Shown: positions 1 through 9,699 of the stretch, piece after piece
How positions within the stretch are numbered: the first letter of the stretch is position 1
Layout: each line of letters starts with the position of its first letter
Position numbers and translations under genes: made by a program
Origin: Macrostomum lignano
Lineage: Eukaryota
NCBI GenBank assembly: GCA_002269645.1
Contig: NIVC01001722.1
Location: forward strand, 1-64,000
Length of the DNA: 64,000 nt
Direction: 5' to 3'
Notes under the pieces: model-generated
What the model was told of the DNA's origin: nothing
Databases searched by the model: none
The model's input: only the letters and a program-made list of their open reading frames with translations

Positions 1-706
1 CCTGCCCATGTGCAAGGTGTCTCGATACGCTCTGAACTTCTGCCACGTGCTGTCCTGTATGTGGATGCTGTGCTGGTCACTGACCGAGTGCTGGTTGTTC
101 ACCGACCGCTGGCCATGAAGAATGTCGGGCTGCGCTGGGCGGCGAGGGCTCTGGCTGGAACACTCGTTCTGTCCGCTGTGATCGCCCTGCCGAACGGCAT
201 TCTGGTGGGTCACCAGACAGTCACCATGCATGACGGCACCATCCTCATCTTCTGCTACCACCTGCACGAGACGCAGCTGTTCATGCTCGGCTACACGACA
301 TCGATGTCGAATCCACCTCTGGTGTTCATCCTGCTGATGCTGGGCCTCAACTGCTTCCTGCTATCGCGGGTGGTCGCCGCAGTCAGGAAGCGCCGCAGTC
401 TTTTATGCACTGCTTTGGCACCAGGATGGTGTCCGATGCCTTTTTCATTTTGCACTGCCAGCCCTGGCCATGAGACCAACAATGCAGCTTTCTCTCTACT
501 CTCTGGACTACCTGACTGTTCTGGCTATCGTGGCCTTCTCCCTCACCCACACCTTGGCCCTCATCAACCAATGCGTCAACTTTTTCATACTACGCAACCG
601 CAGCGCGCCGTTCAGATGCTGCCTGAAGCTGATCACTGCTCCAGCTGCACCAAGCGAACGGCTGAGCAGAGAGTGTGAGACGGTGAAATATTCAATTATC
701 AGATAG
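1..706 (+). pseudogene. Chimeric or disrupted class A GPCR copy (TM3-TM5 nearly identical to the 2791-3933 gene, followed by a divergent TM6-TM7 segment in another frame)
   Basis: 7-397 matches 3161-3552 almost base for base but lacks one G (gtggatgctgtgctg vs gtggatgctggtgctg), giving a frameshift near 70. After AAVRKRR the sequence diverges. The frame of ORF 470-706 gives LDYLTVLAIVAF..LINQCVNFFILRNRS, homologous to TM7 of the paralogs. The 5' part may lie outside the window. Confidence 0.75.
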
Positions 707-922
707 GGCAGGTACAAATTTCCGTTAGCAGCTTACGGGTCAAAGACTGCTCATAAAATTTTTTTGTTGAAACAGTTCACAGGGGCGTCGCCATGAATTT
801 TAAGGCGGGGGGGACAAAGCCAAAAATTCTACATGTACATGTTCATAACTAATTCCTACATGTACATTCTTTTCAAAATCGGGCTCGTCAGTGCTAATTT
901 TGTCGCCGCTAGCATTTATTAT

Positions 923-1578
923 AGCGCCGCAGGCATTCATTTTGGCGCCGCAGGCACTCATTTTAGCGCCGCAGGCACTCATTTTAGCGCCGCAGGCACT
1001 CATTTTAGCGCCGCAGGCATTCATTTTGGCGCCGCAGGCACTCATTTTAGCGCCGCAGGCACTCATTTTAGCGCCGCAGGCATTCAATTTGGCGCCGCAG
1101 GCATTCAATTTGGCGCCGCAGGCATTCATTTTGGCGCCGCAGGCATTCATTTTAGCGCCGCAGGCATTCATTTTGGCGCCGCAGGCATTCATTTTAGCGC
1201 CGCAGGCATTCAATTTGGCGCCGCAGGCATTCATTTTGGCGCCGCAGGCATTCATTTTAGCGCCGCAGGCATTCATTTTGGCGCCGCAGGCATTCATTTT
1301 GGCGCCGCAGGCATTCATTTTGGCGCCGCAGGCATTCATTTTAGCGCCGCAGGCATTCATTTTGGCGCCGCAGGCATTCATTTTGGCGCCGCAGGCATTC
1401 ATTTTAGCGCCGCAGGCATTCAATTTGGCGCCGCAGGCACTCCTTTTAGCGCCGCAGGCACTCATTTTAGCGCCGCAGGCATTCATTTTAGCGCCGCAGG
1501 CATTCATTTTAGCGCCGCAGGCACTCATTTTAGCGCCGCAGGCACTCATTTTAGCGCCGCAGGCACTCATTTTGGCGG
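923..1578. repeat. 21-bp minisatellite, ~31 copies
   Basis: Unit (a/g)gcgccgcaggca(t/c)tcatttt repeated head to tail. Confidence 0.97.
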
Positions 1579-1987
1579 CGAAAAATTCGAATGACTATTA
1601 ATAATTAAGCAGGACCGAATGGCAATGGCGACGGTGAATGAAAGATTTTGGGCTGATATCCTGAGCTCGGCTGAGCTGCCAGTCACGAACTTGGAAGCCA
1701 TAAAAACACATGTCAGATGAGTTCGGTGGAAATTGAATTGCTAAAATTAACTGATCCCTCTAAGGATTAAAAACCTTGGCGGTGATTACGGAATTGAAAT
1801 TGCATTGCTGAGTCTGTCGTGACAGTCTCTTCAATTATTTACGGGCTTCATCTTTACGGAAATTTCAAGCCGGAAAACGAATCTATGAAAAGATGATTGG
1901 CAACAGTTGAATAAATTTAGTCAATTTTAACAAAACATTTTATCATTGAATTTTTAGAAATAAGCATTGCTTCTAACGATAAAACTT

Positions 1988-2455
1988 AGATTAGCTTTGA
2001 GTCTGAGCAAGTGTTCAGTGAGATTAGCTTTGAGTCTGAGCAAGTGTTCAGTGAGATTAGCTTTGAGTCTGAGCAAGTGTTCAGTGAGATTAGCTTTGAG
2101 TCTGAGCAAGTGCTCAGTGAGATTAGCTTTGAGCTTGAGCAAGTGCTCAGTGAGATTAGCTTTGAGTCTGAGCAAGTGCTCAGTGAGATTAGCTTTGAGT
2201 CTGAGCAAGTGCTCAGTGAGATTAGCTTTGAGTCTGAGCAAGTGCCCAGTTAGAGGTTAGCTTTGAGTCTGAGCAAGTGTTCAGTGAGATTAGCTTTGAG
2301 CTTGAGCAAGTGCTCAGTGAGATTAGCTTTGAGTCTGAGCAAGTGCTCAGTGAGATTAGCTTTGAGTTTGAGCAAGTGCTCAGTGAGATTAGCTTTGAGT
2401 TTGAGCAAGTGCTCAGTGAGATTAGCTTTGAGTTTGAGCAAGTGTTCAGTTAGAT
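1988..2455. repeat. 33-bp minisatellite, ~14 copies, each with an internal 6-bp hairpin
   Basis: Unit gagattagctttgagtctgagcaagtgctcagt; ctgagc-aagt-gctcag is self-complementary. Confidence 0.95.
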
Positions 2456-2790
2456 TAATTGACGGCGAGCAAGTTCTTGGTCAGTTGAGTATGATTGTGA
2501 TTGAGTTAAAGTTCACACTGAATTTCCAGAGAGGAATAATGGGAGCAAGGAGATGTCTCTCTCTCTCTCTCTCTCTCTCTCAATATGTGCAGGTTCGGGA
2601 AAAGGATTCTCAAGGCAAATACCTGATTGGCTTCCCAAACGGCTGCTATGGCAATAAAAAACTCGAATGATTTCTTCCAGGTAATATTATCCCCAGCTAG
2701 GATAATAGCTTATTGTGACCGGCAGCTCAAATAACGAATTCAGTCCTCAGTCCTCAGTCCTCAGTGCTCAGGCGAAACCAAACACCCGCT

Positions 2791-3933
2791 ATGAACAACC
2801 TGACCTTGAAAGCGGTGAAAATCGGGTACGTGGAGAGTGCCATGCAGATTGTCAGGGACTGCCAGAGCGGAGACCCGTCCAGGTACCTCTTCTGCGTCAT
2901 GTCTCACGTTATCGGCTCCGTGTCGGCCGTCCTGCTGCCAATCGTCGTTGTACTCGGCACGCTGGGAAACATGGTCGTGGCCCACGTCATGCTGAACCGC
3001 CTGAAGCCCCTCACCCGCCAGAATCTGTACCTGGGCTGCATCGCGATCGCCGATATTCTCAGCCTCGTCGTGATCGGAGTCTTCAACGGGTTTCTCACTA
3101 AGGGGCTACCCTGGCTCACCAGAGGACAATTCGGATTTTTCAGCTACAACCTGAGCGACGCCATGTGCAAGGTGTCTCGATACGCTCTGAACTTCTGCCA
3201 CGTGCTGTCCTGTATGTGGATGCTGGTGCTGGTCACTGACCGAGTGTTGGTTGTTCATCGACCGCTAGCGATGAAGAATGTCGGGCTGCGCTGGGCGGCG
3301 AGGGCTCTGGCTGGAACACTCGTTCTGTCCGCTGTGATCGCCCTGCCGAACGGCATTCTGGTGGGTCACCAGACAGTCACCATGCATGACGGCACCATCC
3401 TCATCTTCTGCTACCACCTGCACGAGACGCAGCTGTTCATGCTCGGCTACACGACATCGATGTCGAATCCGCCTCTGGTGTTCATCCTGCTGATGCTGGG
3501 CCTCAACTGCTTCCTGCTATCGCGGGTGGTTGCCGCAGTCCGGAAGCGTCGCATTCTGCAGAATCGCTCCGGCATCAACGCGCAGGACAGCAGCAGGAAG
3601 GAATTATCAGGCACGGTGATCGTGCTTATCTTGGCCATTCTCTATCTCCTACTGCACACTCCTCTGCTGGTGAGTCGGCCCGCCATTGAAGTGTCGCTTT
3701 TCCTCCTGGACATGGCGGACAATTTGGACTTCCTCACTCTGCTGGCCAACCTCTTCTACTCCAGCTTGGTGATCAGTCTGATCAACCAGAGTCTCAACTT
3801 TTTTGTGCTTATGCGTCGCAGCCAACAGTTCAAGCAGTGCGTGTCGGCGGCTCTCTGCTGCGCCAGGAACAAAAGACCGAGGCGGTCAACATCTGGAATT
3901 GAGATGGGCACCGTCACTGCTAGTGCGCTGTGA
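2791..3933 (+). CDS. Intronless class A (rhodopsin-like) orphan GPCR, peptide/chemoreceptor-like
   Basis: ATG at 2791 (MNNLT, N-glycosylation sequon). Seven hydrophobic segments, GN in TM1, AD in TM2, Cys at the top of TM3 (AMCK), DR at the end of TM3 (TDRV), W in TM4, Cys in ECL2, P in TM6, NFF in place of NPxxY. Confidence 0.9.
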   Translation: MNNLTLKAVKIGYVESAMQIVRDCQSGDPSRYLFCVMSHVIGSVSAVLLPIVVVLGTLGNMVVAHVMLNRLKPLTRQNLYLGCIAIADILSLVVIGVFNGFLTKGLPWLTRGQFGFFSYNLSDAMCKVSRYALNFCHVLSCMWMLVLVTDRVLVVHRPLAMKNVGLRWAARALAGTLVLSAVIALPNGILVGHQTVTMHDGTILIFCYHLHETQLFMLGYTTSMSNPPLVFILLMLGLNCFLLSRVVAAVRKRRILQNRSGINAQDSSRKELSGTVIVLILAILYLLLHTPLLVSRPAIEVSLFLLDMADNLDFLTLLANLFYSSLVISLINQSLNFFVLMRRSQQFKQCVSAALCCARNKRPRRSTSGIEMGTVTASAL

Positions 3934-4045
3934 GCACGTGACGCGTAGGTAGGGTAGCGGAGGAAGCATTGACCGATCCAGGGCCGCCTTAACTGTCGGG
4001 GAAGAAAGTCTGATGGCGGGTCATTACTGGCCTGATTTCTAGTGT

Positions 4046-4168
4046 AACACTGGACGCTACTTTCTAATTCCCGGATGTTGTAACAATGGCCGCTAATTTC
4101 TAATTCCCGGATGTTGTCACACTGGACGCTACTTTCTAATTCCCGGATGTTGGAACACTGGACGCTGC
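4046..4168. repeat. 36-bp tandem repeat, ~3.4 copies
   Basis: Unit aacactggacgctactttctaattcccggatgttgt. Confidence 0.85.
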
Positions 4169-4799
4169 CCCCTTAATTACCAGATATAACGCTGGTCGAA
4201 ATTAGTAGCTAAAATGTTCCTAAAGGTTTGTGAAGCAAACTCCGGTTAAAAAGTAAAGCTGATTTTTTTTGGCAAAGCTGCTCCTAGCATAGAGATTGGA
4301 CAACTGATTCAACAAATTGTTTTGCAAGAATAGAAATCGGCAGACATCAAAAGGGGCTCGCTTTTATTTTCAATAACCATTGTTTTTTTGAATGAAAGGA
4401 GACTAAATTTTTTGCTCCTAGAAACATTTTTTATTAGAAAAAAACTAAAATCGGTTTTGAACAAGACCCTTGTTTAGCCCCTCAGTGCCTGTCGCCTTTG
4501 TCTGCTGATCAGAGGCAGGTCTCTCCGCCTACCGCCCGCCACACGAAGGAGATGGTCCGCCATTTTTAGCAGCTACATCTAAACGCTCACACGATTGCCA
4601 TCATGGATTTGAGTGGTTTTCAGATTCGCAGGTTGTTTATCAAATATTAGCATTCCACCCAACCCCCCCACCTGTGTGCACTTTAAAGCAGATCTCTGAC
4701 ACGTACACGGACAACTCAAGCGCTGCACTCGCGAGTTGTGCAAATTTCACAGAAAACCAATTTTCCCTAAATAGTAGTAATAATTTAGTATATGTAGAT

Positions 4800-5116
4800 T
4801 GATTACACCTGCCCTATGCAACCGACAGCTCAGCCGCAGCTATTGCGCGGCGCATCTCAAGGCTGCGTACGGCTGTTCAGTCCAAGGACTGGGAGGTCAC
4901 CACACACACCCTCAATTACCCCAGCTTATGCTGGCACCCATTTTACAGCTGGGTGAACTGAAGCAATGCAGAGTTAAGTGTCTTGCTCAAGGACACAAAT
5001 TGTTCCAGTGGGATCGGAAATCGAACCTCCGACCTTTCAGTCGACAGTTGGGAGTCTCTAACCACTAGAGCCATAATCATGGACAACTCTAGTTGTCCAT
5101 GGCCATAATAACCCTG
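4800..5116 (-). mobile_element. tRNA-headed SINE with a CORE (MIR-like) central domain
   Basis: Minus strand reads tggctctagtgg (A box), ggttcgatttcc (B box), then tgtgtccttgagcaagacacttaactctgcattgcttcagttcacccagctgtaaaatggg, which resembles the MIR CORE domain as I recall it. A second copy is at ~54390-55125. Confidence 0.75.
5078..5101. mobile_element. 24-bp perfect palindrome flanked by an 8-bp direct repeat (minimal hAT-type element or footprint)
   Basis: gccataat|catggacaactctagttgtccatg|gccataat; 11-bp arms with a 2-nt centre. Confidence 0.6.
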
Positions 5117-5323
5117 TGAGATATGAGATAAATCTCAGTTCTGTCTCTCTAGGGAATTTTAATTCAAACGAATTTGTCTATGGCTAAACCCCATTCAGTG
5201 CTGTGCAAAAGAAGAAAATGTTTGCGAAATCCGTTTAGAAAACACAAATTCTGTATTTTAAGCTTTGTCGTTCTTCAATAATACTTTTTCAACTTTTCAA
5301 CTACAGACTAAAACTGTAACGTG

Positions 5324-5925
5324 TAAACTTGAGACTGTAACCTGTAGATTTTAGCCTGTAAACTTGAGACTGTAACCTGTAGATTTTAGCCTGTAAACTT
5401 GAGACTGTAACCTGTAGATTTTAGCCTGTAAACTTGAGACTGTAACCTGTAGATTTTAGCCTGTAAACTTGAGACTGTAACCTGTAGATTTTAGCCTGTA
5501 AACTTGAGACTGTAACCTGTAGATTTTAGCCTGTAAACTTGAGACTGTAACCTGTAGATTTTAGCCTGTAAGCTTGAGACTGTAACCTGTAGATTTTAGC
5601 CTGTAAACTTGAGACTGTAACCTGTAGATTTTAGCCTGTAAACTTGAGACTGTAACCTGTAGATTTTAGCCTGTAAACTTGAGACTGTAATCTGTAGATT
5701 TTAGCCTGTAAGTTTGAGACTGTAACCTGTAGATTTTAGCCTGTAAGTTTGAGACTGTAACATGTAGATTTTAGCCTGTAAGTTTGAGACTGTAACCTGT
5801 AGATTTTAGCCTGTAAACTTGAGACTGTAATCTGTAGATTTTAGCCTGTAAGCTTGAGACTGTAATTTGTAGATTTTAGCCTGTAAACTTGAGACTGTAA
5901 TCTGTATATTTTAGCCTATAAACTT
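5324..5925. repeat. 35-bp minisatellite, ~17 copies
   Basis: Unit gagactgtaacctgtagattttagcctgtaaactt. Confidence 0.97.
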
Positions 5926-7501
5926 TAGAGTGTAGCTTGTAAACTTTAGAGTGTTTACTTAATACAGCCTCAGACTGTATCTTGTATCAGACCAACTGAA
6001 GCATGTAAATGGTCGAGCTTGTGTACTGTGAGCTACATTTCACACATTGAAGAATTTCTAATTCGGACAATATCCCACTTACAAACTAGTCAGCGCTTTT
6101 AGTCTGCACATTTTCTAAGCACATGATTACCGGCTGAGACTTATTGACTTTGCCAGCAAAGAGTTGCCAGTTTACTTAGGGAACTTGCCATGAAAGGGAG
6201 ATGGCCTCTAATGTTACAAAAAGTGATTCTGTTTGCTAAAAATACACAGCCTCTGCCACTTGCTGAACACATTGCTAGGTGATTTACAAATTGCCTTTCC
6301 TGCAACTTTCTAATGCAATAATGGCTGCATCAAATATAATTTTACAATTGGTTCGGCTCTGCTCTGCTCTTAGCAAACATTTAATGAATGTAGGAGTGCG
6401 TGCACACTGCAGCCAAACAGGTCCTGAATCGTTGTTCATCATCTGAGCGACGGAGATGATGATGGTGATTACCTAGCAGATGGAGGATGAGAGAAGCACG
6501 AACTTCTTCATGTCGACTAAAGGTCAGTGGCTGCTGAGACCGATTCCAGCGTTTTGTGCTTTTATATCCTAAATTTTAGCTCTTGAGCAATGGAGCATTC
6601 CATCTGGTTTATTAGGAAAGTGGTTTGAGTATTTTGATGTAATCTACTTTTCACTCTGAAGAAATGTGCCCATGGTCCATCAACTGCATGAGACGTGGCA
6701 TGCACTGATATTGCAATATTTCAAACAGTATATATTCCTCTCAAAGAGATGTTCTCAACTACTTTAACGTAGAATAAAATTGTGCTCAAATTAAACCGAA
6801 ACTGCGAGTGCGCCCGCTCCACTGCCTGTGTGTTTATTGCGGGTGCATTTAAAAAACCATGCCTTACATGGGCTACGAAATGTATGCAGATTAATAGTCT
6901 AAACTGGCAGAGTGATTTGATTGTCGTTAATTTAAAAAAACTACAGGTTTTTTTAAGATCGACAGATTAGCGGATACCAGCGAGCAGATGGAGCTACCAA
7001 ATCACAGACTAAACAGGTGCGGTTCAGGTTGGGATAATTTTTTAAAATATTGTTAGTTAGCTTTGAAAAATCTCAAATTTTTAGAAAAAATCCTTATTAA
7101 GATTATTTGAATTCGTGCATCCATAAAGGTAATCAAGCGACTCAAGTGTGACAATAGAAAGCAGTAGTACGATCTCACAGTGCGATAAAATAGTTGAAAA
7201 TATACGCGAATGGTGACATAACAACACAAAACTACGGCCTAATAGAGTGTAGCCTGACTGTCAATAGTCAAAACTAAAAGTACATAAAACGGAGGCGATA
7301 AAGTCTATCGGCGTGCAAAGAGTGCAAACGTAAAATATCATTAATATGTTCGTGCAAACTCATGTCCAATAAAAATTCACTCATTTTTAGTCTTTCAAAT
7401 ATCTCATCAATGTCGTACACTCGTCCTTTCACAGAACACAACATCCTCAGTAGCGGGAAGTCCGCCAGTCTTCTCCGCCCTCCTGTCGCAACCTCAGATC
7501 C

Positions 7502-8647
7502 TCAGTTTGCCGTTCCACTGGCCGTCGGCTGGTCTGTGTCGGACCTGGACTGCAAGTCTTTGCCAGCAGAGCAGCAGAACATGGCGAGAACGCATCTCTT
7601 GAAGGACTGGCTGCGGCGCATCAGCACGAAGAAGGTGAGGCTCTGGCTGACTACGCTGAACACGAGGGTCATGAAGAACAGGTCGGCCAGCAGTATAATG
7701 TAGTCCAGGTGAGTGGCCGTGTCCAGCACGAACTGGGAAATCTCCAGCAGCATCCGGCAGGCCAGCAGCGGGGCGTGCAGCGCCAGGTAGATTACGGCCA
7801 GGATCACCACAATGATGGTGCCGGAGATCTCCTTCGGATATTTCTGCTTCTGCGACTCTCCGCCGCCGGCGCCGAAAGACGACATGCTGCGGCGTTTGCG
7901 CACCGCGGCAGCCACGCGGGTGAGCAGGAAGCAGTCCAGAGCCAGGATCAACAGGATGATCAGCAGCGGCGGGTTGGACATCGCCGAGGTGTACACCATC
8001 ATGAACAGCTGGTAATCTGGCAGGTGCGAGCACAGGATCACAGTCACCCCGTCTGGCCGGTACAGCAGGTGGTGCCCGGTAAGAAAACCGTTCGGCAGGG
8101 CGATCGCAGCGGACAGAACGAGTGTTCCAGCCAGAGCCCTCGCCGCCCAGCGCAGCCCGACCTTCTTCATGGCCAGCGGTCGGTGAACAACCAGCACTCG
8201 GTCAGTGACCAGCACCAGCATCCACATACAGGACAGCACGTGGCAGAAGTTCAGAACGTATCGAGACACCTTGCACATGGCGTCGCTCAGGTTGTAGCTG
8301 AAAAATCCGAATTGGCCTCTAGTGAGCCAGGGCAGGCCCTTGACAAGGAACCCGTTGAAGACTCCGATCACGACGAGGCTGAGAATATCGGCGATCGCGT
8401 TGCAGCCCAGGTACAGATTCTGGCGAGTGAGCGGTCGCTGGCGCTTCAGCATGACGTGGGCGATGACGATGTTGCCCAGAACTCCAATGAAAAATATGAT
8501 GGGGAGCAGTACGCCCGATACCGAGCCCGTGATGTTAGACTGGATGCACTGCATGTACCTCGATGGGTCACCACTTAGGCAGTCTTGGACCATCCGGAAT
8601 GCATTGGCTGAGTAGACAATTCGCGCCTCTTTGCCCGTGCCGTTCAT
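7502..8647 (-). CDS. Intronless class A orphan GPCR, paralog 3
   Basis: ATG at 8647 (MNGT sequon), 7TM pattern, same motifs as 2791-3933; acceptor-like tttggtcccag just upstream of the ATG. Confidence 0.9.
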   Translation of the reverse strand: MNGTGKEARIVYSANAFRMVQDCLSGDPSRYMQCIQSNITGSVSGVLLPIIFFIGVLGNIVIAHVMLKRQRPLTRQNLYLGCNAIADILSLVVIGVFNGFLVKGLPWLTRGQFGFFSYNLSDAMCKVSRYVLNFCHVLSCMWMLVLVTDRVLVVHRPLAMKKVGLRWAARALAGTLVLSAAIALPNGFLTGHHLLYRPDGVTVILCSHLPDYQLFMMVYTSAMSNPPLLIILLILALDCFLLTRVAAAVRKRRSMSSFGAGGGESQKQKYPKEISGTIIVVILAVIYLALHAPLLACRMLLEISQFVLDTATHLDYIILLADLFFMTLVFSVVSQSLTFFVLMRRSQSFKRCVLAMFCCSAGKDLQSRSDTDQPTASGTAN

Positions 8648-8740
8648 GATGGCTGCTTCTGGGACCAAACAGGTGGGGACAAGTGACGTTTTCTGATGAT
8701 TTTCATATGGTCTTTCTTGAAGCTTCTAGTCTCTCAAATT

Positions 8741-9027
8741 GTAGCTTCCACTGCCTCATCTTGTAGCTTCCACTGCCTCATCTTGTAGAATAGCTTCCAC
8801 TGCCTCATCTTGTAGCTTCCATTGCCTCATCTTGTAGCTTCCACTGCCTCATCTTATAGCTTCCACTGCCTCATCTTGTAACTTCCACTGCCTCATCTTG
8901 TAGCTTCCACTGCCTCATCTTATAGCTTCCACTGCCTCATCTTGTAGCTTCCACTGCCTCATCTTATAGCTTCCACTGCCTCATCTTGTAGCTTCCACTG
9001 CCTCATCTTGTAGCTTCCACTGCCTCC
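8741..9027. repeat. 22-bp minisatellite, ~13 copies
   Basis: Unit tagcttccactgcctcatcttg; lies between a candidate donor (~9139) and the acceptor (~8663) upstream of GPCR 3. Confidence 0.95.
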
Positions 9028-9699
9028 ATCAAACCTGGACAGCAAACCTTTGTCTCTGTCATCAGAACTTGGATTTCTCAGGAGTTCATTAACTAAGACA
9101 ATTCAATGAGTGCAAAAATAGCGAGAATGGGACTCACCTTGTCGCGCGCTGCTCAGGGTCCTGCGATACTTTCTAGCGCTCGGGAAATATTCGAGCGGTC
9201 CATTAGAAACAGATGCTCGGAATTTAAATAGGCCTGCATCTTGACTGGGGATTTGTCACCTGAGAGCAGCTCGCTTGTCACACCTCATCTCTCTCCAGTC
9301 AGTTTGAATCAAAGAGGAGAAGTCTACATGTGAGCGCTAATCGCTTCAAAATAAAAGCTTTTATCATCACCCATAAGCCTGTAAAAATAAATATCCTTCT
9401 TAACGTCAGCGCAAGCTTGAGTGGTTGCTTTAGATTGACAGTGGATGTCTTCACTAATCGGGCTGGTGTTATTGTTCGATTCGGTTTTTCTGTTAGCTCG
9501 TAGCAACAATGCAGTTGTTGGGCATCAATGCTTGAAAAAGTATCGAGTTAAAGCGACGCTCGGATACCGATACTCTAAAAAGTATGGACGATAGGTGATC
9601 GATGGTAGGATTTCAAAATTTGAGTATCGATCGATACTTTAGTCCTATTTTAACATGGTTGGCTACGGGGCGGGCAGCTGGCTCAGTTTTTTCTCTCTC

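Noticed and set aside
780-1636. hAT-like element starting caggggcgtcgccat and enclosing the 21-bp array
   Set aside because: Only a 9-bp match (atggcgacg) at the putative right end and no TSD found.
800-2670. Long ORFs on both strands (MSACGAK..., LKANLTEHLL...)
   Set aside because: Translations of 21-bp and 33-bp tandem repeats; open in several frames only because the unit length is a multiple of 3 and lacks stops.
7709-8578. Antisense ORFs over GC-rich genes (also 29326-30000, 36957-37811, 60016-60687)
   Set aside because: Shadow frames produced by high GC3 codon usage of the real genes; no recognisable motifs.
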